From NCBI GenBank assembly GCA_030295235.1, contig AP026162.1, positions 744,001 through 808,000 of the forward strand: a stretch of DNA of 64,000 nt. The letters are read 5' to 3'. The DNA comes from Fistulifera solaris (Eukaryota). Shown piece by piece: positions 35,899 through 47,958 of the stretch. The position numbers and the translations under genes are program-made. Position 1 is the first letter of the stretch. Every line of letters begins with the position of its first letter. The notes under the pieces are model-generated. The model saw only the letters and a list, made by a program, of their open reading frames with translations, had not been told where the DNA came from and made no database searches.

Positions 35899-36921
35899 TC
35901 AATTAGAATCGGCAATGATTTCCCAGCGCCGAGTCGATGATCTTGTACTTGCAGTCGAAGGTTTTCTTGCAATTTGTGTTCGACTAACGACATTATCCCA
36001 TACATTGTCTTCCAAATACTCCATGAGGCGATCTACAAACATGGGTCGTACTTGTGCATGGACGTTGTTGTGGCTCATTCCTTCAATATACAAGGGTCGT
36101 GCTTGACAGCTCTTCGGTAATGCATCAAAAAGTCGTTCGGAATGATGGAAAGGTACGATTTGGTCGCTGGTTCCATGAATGAGAAGTGTCGGTGAATTGA
36201 CCATTGGTATGACATCCAAGTTCGGGAACTTGTCACCGTACAGAGTGCAACCGGTATCAACAACAACTCGATAGACCGACAAGAAAGGAGCATGTAAAAT
36301 AAGTCCACCGACAGGACCATCATTACTTCCATATTCGGCGTCTTCTTTCGACTTCATCGCTGTCTGTGCTGCTAAATGACAAGAAGGACCCGACCCTAAT
36401 GAGCGTCCATAGAGCACAATATTTTGAGCTGGTATTCCAAGGGTGTTTCTCAAATAATCATACGCGGCCTCAATATCGGCGTAGCAATGCTCTTCTGATG
36501 GCGGACCTTTATGGTGAAGCGAAAGAAATGCGTTATCAGGTGCTTTAGAGAGGCTGTCTCTCGTGAAAGACGAACGGGAGGAACTTACCGTGCTTCATTC
36601 CCATGCCATAACCAGAATAATCATAAGCAAAAGATTCACTTGCAGCATTTTGCTGAGAAATTTACACCATGGATAAATTGAACCGAGATCTTCCGCGTTC
36701 GCGTGCGAGTATAATATTGTTATTCCTTCATCGGGCTGTGAATCTTTTATTTCTTCTGCTGACAAACTCCGACAACTCTCGACGCCCGCTTGCCGCCGGT
36801 AGGAAATGTAAAATCCAGGAATCCTGGAACCTCTTCTCGTGTTCAGCCAAACAATTTTATGTTCTTTCAGCTTCGACGGCGGAGGAGGCTGGAACAGTAA
36901 CGAGCTTACAGTATCACCCAT
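35899..36921 (-). CDS. ABHD17: ABHD17-family alpha/beta hydrolase (depalmitoylase-like); intron 36507-36588; indel ~36630
   Basis: MGDTVSSLLFQPP, LYSHANAEDLG, restored AYDYSGYG, PSEEHCYADIEAAYDYL, nucleophile GRSLGSG, HGTSD and SHNN. Confidence 0.9.
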
Positions 36922-38046
36922 TGTGCAATCGCTGTTATGCAATTATATGAATCAAGAACTGTCCGATTTTGTTTGCGAAGACCTGCCTTGTGCAATCAAT
37001 AAAAGGTTCGGATGATAATTTCAAAGCTGCTACGAACGCTGCTAAATACAAGGAAAGCGGCTTCTATTGGTTGACAAGTCAATCGCAGCAATCAGTAAAA
37101 TTCAGGCGAACCGTTGGTCGTTATTTAGCTAGCAATTCGACTCCTTTAGTGACCTGCTACGTTTGCAATGAGAGTGATGACAGCGAGAGAGGAGTTGGGA
37201 CTTCGAAAACGAAAAAGTACGCCAAAAATAGTTGGCCAACGGGCGCATTTCAGCTCGTGAATTTCCTACGTATCATTGTAGTCCGTTGGAGGCAAATCCA
37301 ATGAGAATGATAGCGTAAGTACTTCGCGCAAGCCGTCCAATCGAGTTTTCAGATTATGGAGAGCCGGCAACAGAAGAGTGAGTGGCTTCCGTTATCCGTT
37401 CACTCCGTAAATTTTCAATGCCTAAGTAAGAATTTTGAAAATGACGAACGCTCCATGGCGTGACAGCCTACTGTAGGATACAATCTACTTCGGGCCTTCT
37501 AAACATTTTGAAATTATAGGATGCGCGCAGCTGACATTGCACTGTGGAACAATAAGAAGATTACCTTTTTGTAAGAAGCTTGAACCTTAGTGGGATGATA
37601 GTTCAGCCCTTGCTCGTAGCTCATGTTATTGACTAGGAAGGTCTATAGGGCTAGAGCGACAACGCACCTAGCTCTCAAGGCAGGAGACTACAGGACGTTT
37701 GCTGCTATGGACTAACCTATCAATTCAATGATCCAGCCTCTGAGAAGTTGTAGAAGCGCCTCAGAAAGTCAACAAGAAGAGAGTTAGAGTTCGAAGAACC
37801 AGCCATTGTCCCTCAGCCGTTCCCTTGGGTGCCCAGAAAGTTCTGCCATCTAAATTATCGTGTACAGCGGATGATCCGCATCTTAGCACAGAACAAACAC
37901 AGTTACACGAATTTTTCTTTATTTTACTGGTCTCCGTGCATTATGTTCTGATGAAATTCCCTCGGGACTGACTCGCAACTCGTAACGTTAAACGAAGAAC
38001 AGGCCACATGTAGACTAGATTGGAGTAGAAATTGCCAGCATGTCTC

Positions 38047-38511
38047 CTATCTCTTGGTATCCGAACCTTTCTTTGCCTTCGCTTTGCTCTTGCTGGATGG
38101 AACGTCGGCATCGTAGGAGTAGCTGGACAAAAATGATTTTGCTTCGGCTGTTTGCTCGGCTTCCGTCTGTAACTTATAGCCCTCAGCCTCGAGTCGATTG
38201 TTTGTTTTCAATGCTTGTTCATTCAACGCATATGTCGCTGCGGATGGATTATCGCCACCAACGTTGCGTCGCTCGTATGCATTGACTGGAGCGACGCCAA
38301 AGAAAACATTGTTGCGGCGACAGAGCCGGCACGAACAACGGTCCCCAGAGGAGTCATGCAAATTTAAGTCTAAGGAGCTACCGATGGCAAAAGCCGGCGT
38401 GGCGACTGCGCACTTTTGTAAGAAATTTCTTCTCGAGGAATGTTGCTCGGTCGAAAGAGCCACCGCACTCACACATATCCCAAACGAAACCAAAACAATT
38501 TCTGCCCTCAT
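38047..38511 (-). CDS. Probable plastid thylakoid-lumen protein (signal peptide + twin-arginine leader)
   Basis: Hydrophobic signal ending AVA-L, an SRRNFL twin-Arg motif, and a VNA-Y peptidase-like site before YERRNVGG. Confidence 0.65.
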   Translation of the reverse strand: MRAEIVLVSFGICVSAVALSTEQHSSRRNFLQKCAVATPAFAIGSSLDLNLHDSSGDRCSCRLCRRNNVFFGVAPVNAYERRNVGGDNPSAATYALNEQALKTNNRLEAEGYKLQTEAEQTAEAKSFLSSYSYDADVPSSKSKAKAKKGSDTKR

Positions 38512-38637
38512 GCCTCACCTGTAAATCAGCAAAGTATATATTACGCTTGTTTCGAATTCAATTGAAGACGGTTGCCATTCAATCTCTGATTTCGCAACAA
38601 TACGACGACCATGATCATCAACCTTCCAATCATCGTA

Positions 38638-38687
38638 TTATGCGTGATGCGTAATGAGTAATGAGTAATGAGTGATGAGTGATGACG
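38638..38687. repeat. 7-bp tandem microsatellite (TRATGMG, about 7 copies) in a divergent promoter
   Basis: tatgcg tgatgcg taatgag taatgag taatgag tgatgag tgatgac. Confidence 0.85.
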
Positions 38688-38983
38688 CAGATTTTCTCAC
38701 CCCATGGCCGTCTGTTCCCATCCGTTTCCATTTACCGTGAGACTACACAAATTCCCATTGTCAGTAGTACCGGACGACATCGATTTGAACTTTGAATGCA
38801 CCGACGTGCTGTACACGTACACTGTGATTGACGGTGATGGACAATCGAAAAACGACCAAAGACCAAAGACATCGCTTGTTTGATTCAAATGACAAACAAC
38901 AAATATCACTAGTCTAACAAGCAACTTCTAAAGACAGTTATTTCTATTGTTACATTACGCCTCTTCATTTCAACAGTCCTGCA

Positions 38984-39702
38984 ATGACGAGTGACAGCGC
39001 CGAGTCTTCGGGTTTCACTCCCGATACAATTTCCGGTACAATCGAATCCATTCGCCTTCACACGTCGTCATGGATGGCAAAATGCAAAGTCGAGTGCGCA
39101 TCGAGACGCTTCGCCCGTTACCAGAGTTCCTTGGCATTGATCCTGCGGCTGGCTTTTGTTTGTCGTCGGGGGCATTTACTCCTCCAGTCAGGAAAGTCGA
39201 CAAGGGAAGCCCTGAAAAGGTGCAGAGTCGTATGAAGTTGAACTTGGCCTTTTTCCTGACAAACTATGTTGTGATTGCGGCAATGACTGCTGTCGTTGTA
39301 GCCCTTATGCATCCGGGTATGATATTCTTCGTCGGGCTGGTCTATGGGTTGTGGATGCTTCATGGCTACATGATCCGTCATGAAATTGTTCTTGGCGGGG
39401 TTCGTTTGCACTCTTTGGTATCCGTCAAGCATCGATTTTATGGTCTCTTCGTGTTGACGGTGCTCGTGATAATCTGGAAATGCCTGATTCCTACTTTGAT
39501 CTTTGTCGCGATCTCTGGTTTGCTCATTCTGATGCATGCGTTTATGCGCGATCCGAAACAAATAGAGATGCTCGACAGATCCAGAGCTGACAGCGAAGAT
39601 GATTACGATGCGATGGAAGGAGGAAAGCATGAAGGCAACAACTACTCAAAAGAGTCAGAAGGATTAATTAATCGTTCTCAAGGAAAAAATGACGCTGATT
39701 AA
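38984..39702 (+). CDS. PRA1: PRA1 (prenylated Rab acceptor) family protein; indel at A run 39079-39082
   Basis: LRPLPEF, RMKLNLAFFLTNY, two hydrophobic hairpins and HAFMR. One extra A joins MTSDSAES...WMAK to MQSRVRIETLRP. Confidence 0.88.
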
Positions 39703-40384
39703 GCCATTGTTTGTGCGACCGGGTTTGAGAATTGCCACCATAGTTATCATGTTTTGTATCCCTAAAGCTTTCTGTGATATTCTTAAAATAAAAACGAGTA
39801 TTTTTTCATGGGGCCAGCATAAGCTTGAGATTCGGATTTGTGCAAAGGCAGCTCTAACTTCATTATATCGACTAGTCTAGAGGTATAGAGACAACGAACC
39901 TTGATGAGAAAACAACGGGGATAGTCGTACATCCACACCCCATTTTCTATGAAAAAGCATCGAATAGTTCAGGGCGGGGAGTTTGAGGTGAGAGGAAAGT
40001 ATTTATTGTTAGGAACTAGGAAGCATGGACGTGAGACTAATCCCTAATCCGGACGTAAAGTACCGGTATTGTTGTGATTTGACGCGTTTCCTAGCCTATT
40101 TCGTAGCTCAAATCGAAGCAGTAAATCGGGATTGCGATTTAAATAAACTCAGTCATTGTCATTGATCCTCTTTGTCGCCATTCTAATCGTTGTCCGTACT
40201 TGAAGCGTGACTAAAAATTCAGTCGCGGTTTCCGTAATCCAACACATTGATCCTATAGTGCGACGTGCGACCATGAATAATGTCAATGATCCGCGGATGC
40301 TTGCGATATTACTAGTGTAAAAAAGGCGTTTGTTTTCAATTCTGATACCTGATACCAACACGCAACCAATTAATGCATAGTAAG

Positions 40385-41086
40385 ATGAACCTAGCCTCTC
40401 CAGCACCTCGTGTTGAACCTGCAACGGCAGCCGATGCCAAACACGAAGAACCTGCCCTGGCGCGAAGGGCGGAACAATGCGAACCTGCGATTGCATCGCC
40501 TGCCCCCATCGTAGAACCTGCTGGACTATCTTCAGATGTATTGCATGCAATAAAAGAAACAAGGAATGGTAGTACACCCAAGCTGACAGTTGAGATGCTG
40601 CGAGGGGAGAAGGGAGCTGATTTGGAATGCCACGCAGCAATCTTTCGCGGAGCCCCACCAAAGAACATTTTGAAAGTTCTTCTCCCGTGTATTTACGACG
40701 AACGAGATTTCATCTCTTACAACGAAGTGAAAAAATACATGGTCGTTCAATCTGGAACCTGCTTTGTGTATATGGAAGAAAAAGACCCTTTTCCTCTCTA
40801 TGCAATTTCACTTGATAAGTTCGTTGCTATTCTCGAAGACCCCGATAGACTCGATAAAGGCAGCGCTACAATATCCCCTGCACCTGGAACCAATAGGTCT
40901 CGTGATGGAATGGTAACTGTTCTATTGAAATACTCGGATACAGGAAAGCAAGCTTATCAATTTACATTTGATACGAAAGCGTTAGACAAATCATTTCCGA
41001 AACTTTTTATCGATTTGGTGTCACGAAGTCAGCAACAAAGCGAGAAAGTTTTCACAGAGACTGCACAAGTCGAGACGCTAGGCTAG
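40385..41086 (+). CDS. Hypothetical protein with an Ala/Pro/Glu-rich N-terminus and a possible PH-like domain
   Basis: KKYMVVQSGTCFVYMEEKDPFPLYAISL...AYQFTF followed by a C-terminal helix resembles PH beta-strand spacing. Confidence 0.6.
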   Translation: MNLASPAPRVEPATAADAKHEEPALARRAEQCEPAIASPAPIVEPAGLSSDVLHAIKETRNGSTPKLTVEMLRGEKGADLECHAAIFRGAPPKNILKVLLPCIYDERDFISYNEVKKYMVVQSGTCFVYMEEKDPFPLYAISLDKFVAILEDPDRLDKGSATISPAPGTNRSRDGMVTVLLKYSDTGKQAYQFTFDTKALDKSFPKLFIDLVSRSQQQSEKVFTETAQVETLG

Positions 41087-41811
41087 CTTTCTGGAGTAGA
41101 ACAATCGGTATATAACTTAGGAAAACCTGTTAGTGTTGTGCATCCTACAGCACACTGATGTGGAATCGGTGGTGTCATAAAAACGCGGAAAGGAATGGGA
41201 TAGAATCTATCACAACTTCTCGTCACATGGGGGATGGGACTTGAATACAACTTAATACTTAGCCATGACCGATGCACAATGATCTTGATGTCCAATAATC
41301 AGCGCTGGCTTCGGCATATCGAGATAGAGTATGACTAAACATGATCTTTCCGAGCTAGATTGCAAATACAACTACCTTGAAAAGCGAAAAGTAACGTTAC
41401 TCTATTTCATTTATCTTCATCGGCATTCGCATTGCACGCTTCAAATCTCTTACGTCGGAAATCCTTTGAAAATCCTATGAACAAGATGTACGGAGTAAAA
41501 GAAAAATGGATCTAGAGCGGCGACTTTTTACCACGACTGCATTCATGATTTCAGTCATGATAAAATGCTCCCACTTATTACTCGAGTATTGATGTTCACT
41601 ATCACTTATAATGTGAAATTTTTCTAGCCGTTTGGCAAAAGGCACGAAAATAAGGCGCGCACCGCATGCACCATGATACTCATTGCGCTCAACGGTCGCT
41701 TGTAACTTTCGTCTTTCATCTTGAATCAAGTAACTTGCGTGTACAATCGCATCAACACGACAGTGACTCACTTCACCGGAAGAGACTTGGGAACGTTAAA
41801 AAACATTTACC

Positions 41812-43949
41812 ATGAAAGAAGGTCACACAGCGAACGCGTCGAATCACCCAAACGTAAGAAGCCTTGCTCAAGAGATCACAGCTTGGTACCTCTCACAAAT
41901 CGACGAACGAGCTCCCCATTCGGAGAATGTTCGGAACTTTTGAGGGCTCCCGTTATTGCCGTGACTGATCTCATTTTGACAAATGATGAAGAAACCGACA
42001 ACCCTCACACAACTGCAACTGCAACTGCAACTGCTGCTAGCGATAATAAATCCCTTTCGCACAGCGTCCCAAATCCAGACTGGAAGCAATACCTCGTAAA
42101 AGCAGGAAATGAAGGGATACCTCTCGGCAACTCTGACAATTACGAAAGATTTTCTAAGCGGACCAAAGCGAGATTGGAAGCATTTATGCTTGGGGTTGCA
42201 TTAGCTATGCCCGCGTCCTCGGCGGATGACACAGGGAATGATGAATCAAAATCCAAGAGAGAAAACAGTTCCTCAGGTTCCAATATTACGAGAAAAGGAC
42301 ATGATACTAGCAAACAATCTCCGTTCTCTCTAATTGATGGTTTAGCCAGTTTTCGTCCCTTTGAAAAGCATCAATCGAATTCTTTATTGCGATCCATTTC
42401 GTCATCGAGTTCCACAATGACACGAAAGCGCCCACAAATCCCAGAAAGCGATCTAGTCACCCGACTTGAATTATATTTACGGTGCCTTTACCGTGTGCAC
42501 TCGCTGAAACAAGAATGCGTCGTGAGTGCGGAGCCAGTGCGGGCGGTCAAAGCGCGAGCTAACGCTATTGTGGCCGCGTTCATTGAAACTGTGTCTACTG
42601 TTCGACAACAAGGCCCTGTGTTGACTAGTCTTCTAAGCTGCATGACGAAAGAAGTTTTAGCCGTGGACATACTCTCCGAGGACCTTGAGCGTGTGATTCG
42701 TCGGATTGTTTCGGAATATGAACACGCTACATCATTCGCATCTCTCGCATTCCTTTCGAGTCCCGAGGATGCCGCGGAACACAAATTGACTCCCCCTGAT
42801 ATTGGATTACTTGCGCTACCTGCGCGTCAATTGGCAAAACGCAGAAGCATCTTGTGAACTTGAGGAGATGCTACGAAATTGTATGGATCCTCAGATGCGC
42901 AAGACGTTCAAGACGGTTGAATTTCGCTCCATCGGTCATTTGCTAGAAGTTTGCCAAAGCTTCCGATCCGAGCTTCAGCAAATTCAAATACAGCCCAGCC
43001 GACAGTTTCGATCTGTGGTGGATACGAATGGCGGAGAAGACACCGCTTCCACGAAGGATGCTTTGCGACAAGCGATTCGTGACCTCAATCGCGAGGTGAT
43101 CACAATAAACGGGCATGTTTTACCACCCGCGACCAGTTACGAGCAGCTGAGCTATTTACTTTCTCAGACCTTGAACTCGCAAGCCTTAACGAGCACATTT
43201 GTATCCAACAAGCCTGCACATCGAAAGAAAAGTAAAAAAGAACGCCGACTGCATGGAGACCATGTGTCTGACTTGTCGGATTCAGGAAATGAAACCAATA
43301 ACTCCATTGGCAACGAATCGGCTAGATCTACATCGGATGGGCAGGGTTCGACGGGATATCGGAGCTTTAGGCAATCGACAATTGACTATCTTGCGAAGCG
43401 ACTCGTTTTGGCAGCTAGTCGTACAGGTACAGGTGAGATCTTACATGAGTGTTGCGGTTCTCTCAGCTGGTCATCGTTGCTAAACCATGCGGCACTGCTG
43501 TTTCTATTGGTTCACTAAAGGTGGCGATGCGTTCTTTGTAGTTAAAGATTTGTTCGGAGGGGGAGGATGTGGAGGTTGTTCCGTCTTCGCCCGCAAATCT
43601 ACTTGGTGAATCCTCGAGGCGCCGCGAGTCGATAGAAATAATTGTTCGATTAGCGAGTATCATCATTCGATGCCACGGTTCTTTTGACGTGTACCCAAAA
43701 GCTCTCGTGGGCTGTTGCGAACCTCTTATCCAAGTACATACTACTACTTCGGAAAGAATTTCATTGAAAGAATCAAGAGCTCCAGGCGTTGCGCGCAACG
43801 ATAGCAAGTCTGACGAATCCGACGAGGAAGGTGAAAATAGAGCACACATGGTAGTGCAAGAGCTTATCACTGACAAGTCGGGTTGGCGTACGCTATCAGT
43901 CCGTCCAGCTCTTTACGAGAAAATCGAAGTGTTGACAACACCTAGTTAG
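41812..43949 (+). CDS. Hypothetical protein (about 680 aa); intron 43433-43520; indels at ~41940, ~42794 and ~43561
   Basis: ORFs 41721-42857, 42802-43518 and 43569-43949 join via T4, C5 and G5 run corrections and one phase-1 GT-AG intron. Globular-looking segments include DLNREVITING and ASRTGTGGDAFFVVKDLFGG. Confidence 0.65.
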
Positions 43950-44300
43950 ATATACTAACTATCCCTTTAGCTTTACGCGACCACAACGCATGGAATAAAT
44001 CACTTTTCGCTTCTAAACTCAACGTCTCGACGAAGCTAGCTGTTTCATCTATGCTTCTTTGACTCCAACCTCCAACGTTTTTTTGAAACGCATATTTTCA
44101 CTGGTCCCGGTACTGGTTCATTAGGATTTTCACGCGAGGCGCGTATGTGTATAACAATTTATTTGAAATTCAAAAATCATTGTTAAGCTGTTTCACAAAC
44201 GCTCAAAGAAAAATGTGCATGTGTATCCAATGCAGATGTTGCACGAAAGCACCTCAGTGCAATTAACCGCGTCATTGGAACTGTAAAGACGACTCTTGTC

Positions 44301-45890
44301 ATGAAAAGAGAAAAAGCGCTTACGATGATTGCATTGATTCATATTGTTGTGGTGTTGCTCATAGCACCGTGTTTCTCACGCGATCACATGTCTTTACGTG
44401 GGTTGAGTTTCGGAAGCCAGAGAGTTGTTTCGACCGCTTGCCGAAAAATTCGTAGTAAGCCGTATCGAGGGAGACTTGATCTTCTGTTCATTTATGTCAT
44501 TCAATACAGTTTGGAAGCAGAATTCGACTTGTGGGCTATCAATGCTGCAATATCAAGCCATCTGATCTCAGTTCTTGACGACTGTGACGTGAACGGCGAA
44601 CCGGAATTCGCCACTGAAATTGACCCTAGCAGCCATACCTTATTGACGACGCAAGGTAAACACATTTTTGTGCGTCCATTTCGCATAGTTTTTAAACATA
44701 GAGTGTCCTGACTTCTTTCGCTCTTTGAAGATGGTTTTTGCGAGTCTCCCAAAGCAGGCGAGGTCCAGTGTGCCGAGATTCGAGGAAGAGTGTCGGTATA
44801 TCTGGACGACAATGCAGCAGCCACTGAAAAGCGATCTATGCCCGTTATTCAATCGCTACTTGATGACACGTATTTGCTGGGGCAGTTAAGCGGATTATCC
44901 TTTGTCAATTCTTTCTTTGTGCGATCTCTGGGTGAAAATCTGGTTGTAATTGCTGACGGAGACGGCAAGACCGAGGAAAACATGGAATCGGACAGCGCCG
45001 ACATAGTCATTGCAGCTACTGTGATATCTTTTTTTGTCGTGACAGTGATGGTTGTATACGGTTTGTACCGTCGCCGTCAACCGGCTAGCCGTTTCGGATT
45101 TCTCTCCGTGAAACATGCAGTGGCTCATTTGTACAACCGACGACGACAGTTCTTTGAAGATCTCTCAGATGATGAAGAACACGAACCTAGTTGGATGGCA
45201 AGTTCACCGGAGAGCGCAATATACGAGCGCTGTCCTCCTCCGTCGATAACTTGGAGCGTATCTGACTTGACGAGTGACTCACGTTCCATCCGTAGCACTC
45301 TCCAACTAGGTCGGATTGTAGAGGAAAATAACTCCGAAGAAAGTCTTACAAGCGGTAGAAATCACGAACCACCCAGTCAAATTTATCGGCATTTCGACCC
45401 CGCGGATCTCGATTTTGTCCCCCAATGGAATGATGCAAGTTTCTCTGTCCAGTCTTCGTTCAAAGCAATTGACTCGACGGATTCATTCGACGATAGTATA
45501 GTGAATCGGTTTGGTTCTAACTCAAGTGACGATTTTGGAGTTTTTCCTCTCCGGGGATGTCAGTTCGTCCCGGACGCGAGTTTCGATGAAAGCTCCGAGA
45601 GTTCAAGCCATTCAAACCGTAGTCGGCGCACACTGTCTCTTGACAGCTGCATGTCTCCCTATGCAACGTCGATAAATGAGCCCGATGCAACGTTGATGAA
45701 TGACGGAGATGATCGATGCAAAGAACTAGACGACCCAGGTGTTCATGCAGCAGAAGACTCAGGCATTATGGAACGGGTCATTCTTTTCTCTTCTGCATTT
45801 CTAGTGCTCGACTTGAATTCATTGCTTTGGTGGGCAAAGTTTTGCATCGCTGTTAAGAGAGGACGTTCGGAGCCTCGGCTAAAATACTGA
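44301..45890 (+). CDS. Type I single-pass membrane protein with a Ser-rich cytosolic tail; intron 44656-44730
   Basis: Signal-like N-terminus and Cys-containing ectodomain. TM IVIAATVISFFVVTVMVVYGLY is followed by RRR. The intron joins the two ORFs in phase. Confidence 0.7.
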
Positions 45891-46069
45891 TGTTCACCTA
45901 AAGATTAAGATAAAGATATAGCTCACGTTCCTTTCCTTATCTCGAAAACCGAAAGTATTTTACTTCTTATTGCTCTTCATAAGTTCATAAGTGCTCATCC
46001 ACTCATCCAGGCTCATCGTTCAAAAAAGCAGCAAACGGTAAGAAACGCGGTAAATACGAATAAGCTGCA

Positions 46070-46110
46070 TCGATAAAATTCCTACGGGGCCTACGTGAAT
46101 TCGACGTAGA
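46070..46110 (+). promoter_or_regulatory. Solo copy of the double-ACGT module found in the LAS1/E(z) tandem array
   Basis: tcgataaaattcctacggggcctacgtgaattcgacgtaga aligns to tcgataaatttccttactggggcctacgtgaaacctacgtaga (56528-56570). A regulatory role is inferred only. Confidence 0.5.
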
Positions 46111-46297
46111 AACTCGAAGCTTAGTATCTTCGCTCTTTTGCTATGTTTTAACAGGGATTATATTCCCCTTGGTTTTAATTCTCAAACCAATGGTAATTAT
46201 AGCTTGTTAGTGTGAAGGATCAATGTTAGTTCTGAGTATGATGGCATTGCAGTCCAACAAACTCTATTCTTAGGTGTTTAATGCCACCGCATTTTTA

Positions 46298-46349
46298 ATG
46301 ACTGAAATGCAGTCGTGAAAAAAGTAATCTACACTTCGGCTCACTCTAG
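46298..46349 (-). repeat. Reverse-strand copy of the dispersed palindromic element
   Basis: Reverse complement ccgaagtgtagattacttttttcacgactgcatttcagtcat matches the copies at 4966-4993 and 5072-5113. Confidence 0.8.
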
Positions 46350-46534
46350 CAAGTAGTACTCTAATAGCTATTGTACGATATGTGGCAGCCGTCCGTCGCC
46401 GGTCGCCGACGTTGGCTGCCGAAGATAATAAATAATCATCATCTCCCCCATGACCATGGGCCTCAGTTTTACCCTTTCTTCACCGAGCCTTTGTTACCCA
46501 TTTAATAATACCTCGGAAAAGAAAACAAAAGGAA

Positions 46535-47958
46535 ATGACTCGTCGTGTTTCCTATTTCTACGATGCCGAGGTCGGCAACTATCATTACGGACAAGGTAAG
46601 ATTTTGTCTCGCACGGTCGTGCTGTCTTTGGATCTTCGTCGTTGTCGAACCGTTTGTGGGTGTCAGTCTTTTACGCGCATACTTTCTTTTTTACAACATG
46701 ATTGCTCAGTCCTTTTGTTTCCAATGAAAATATACTCACTTTAATTATAAAAAATGAAGGCCACCCCATGAAGCCTCACCGCGTCCGCATGACGCACAAC
46801 CTTGTTGTCAACTACGGATTATACCGCAAGATGGAGGTCTTCCGTCCCCGTCTCGTCTCCCCGACGGCTTTGACCCGGTTTCATTCGGATGATTACATCA
46901 ATTTCCTACGCGTCATTACTCCTGACAACATGCAAGATTATATGCGTCAGTTGCAACGCTTCAATGTCGGAGAGGATTGTCCGGTGTTTGACGGGCTCTT
47001 TGAGTTCTGCCAGCTGTACACATCGGGGTCAATCGGAGGTGCTGCTCGTCTCAATGAAGACCAGGCCGATATTGTGATCAACTGGGCTGGAGGACTTCAT
47101 CACGCAAAGAAGGCCGAAGCTTCTGGTTTCTGTTACGTCAACGATTGTGTCTTGGCGATTCTCGAGTTGCTCAAGAAGCATGAACGTGTTCTCTATATTG
47201 ACATTGATATCCATCACGGAGATGGAGTCGAAGAAGCCTTTTATGCCACCAACCGCGTCATGACGGCGTCCTTCCACAAGTTTGGAGAGTATTTCCCCGG
47301 CACTGGTGACGTCCTCGACAGTGGTTTTGCCGACGGAAAGAACTACGCAATTAATTTTCCTCTCAACGATGGAATGGATGATGAAGCGTACAGAAATATT
47401 TTTCGTCCGGTTATTGGGAAAATAATGGAAATGTTTGCTCCGGGTGCCGTGGTGTTGCAATGCGGAGCTGATTCACTTTCCGGTGATCGTCTCGGGTGCT
47501 TCAATCTCTCCGTCAAAGGACACGCCGACTGCGTGGAATATGTTCGAAGCTTCAATATTCCTACTTTGGTTCTAGGTGGAGGTGGATACACTCTTCGTAA
47601 CGTGCCGCGTTGTTGGACGTACGAAACCTCCATCTTGACGGGCGAACAGGTGAATGACGAGCTCCCCTTCAACGACTATTTTGAATATTTCGGCCCTGAT
47701 TATCGGTTGCATCTTCCTGTGAGTAACATGGAGAACTTGAACTCGTTAGAATATCTCAATAAAACGCGTAACCAGCTCTTGGAGATACTGAGTCAAGTCG
47801 AACCGGTGCCGGGTACTCAAATTCAGACGGGCCAAGTGGAATCGCAACTCAATCCTAAAGGCATGGAAATTGATAAGGAGGAAGAAGAGGAAGAAGCCGA
47901 GCAAGCGGGCGAAAAAGGTGACACCGATGAGGGAGGAACGCAAGGAACACCCTGCTGA
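46535..47958 (+). CDS. HDAC1: Class I histone deacetylase (HDAC1/Rpd3); intron 46596-46759
   Basis: [59 protein letters not shown] and GGGGY. The true stop may be 47971 (..[10 protein letters not shown]) if an A5 run is miscalled. Confidence 0.97.

Noticed and set aside
37600..37880. Possible transposon or gene relic in the ABHD17 upstream spacer
   Set aside because: Composition looks coding-like, but the frames I read are interrupted and I recognised no motif.
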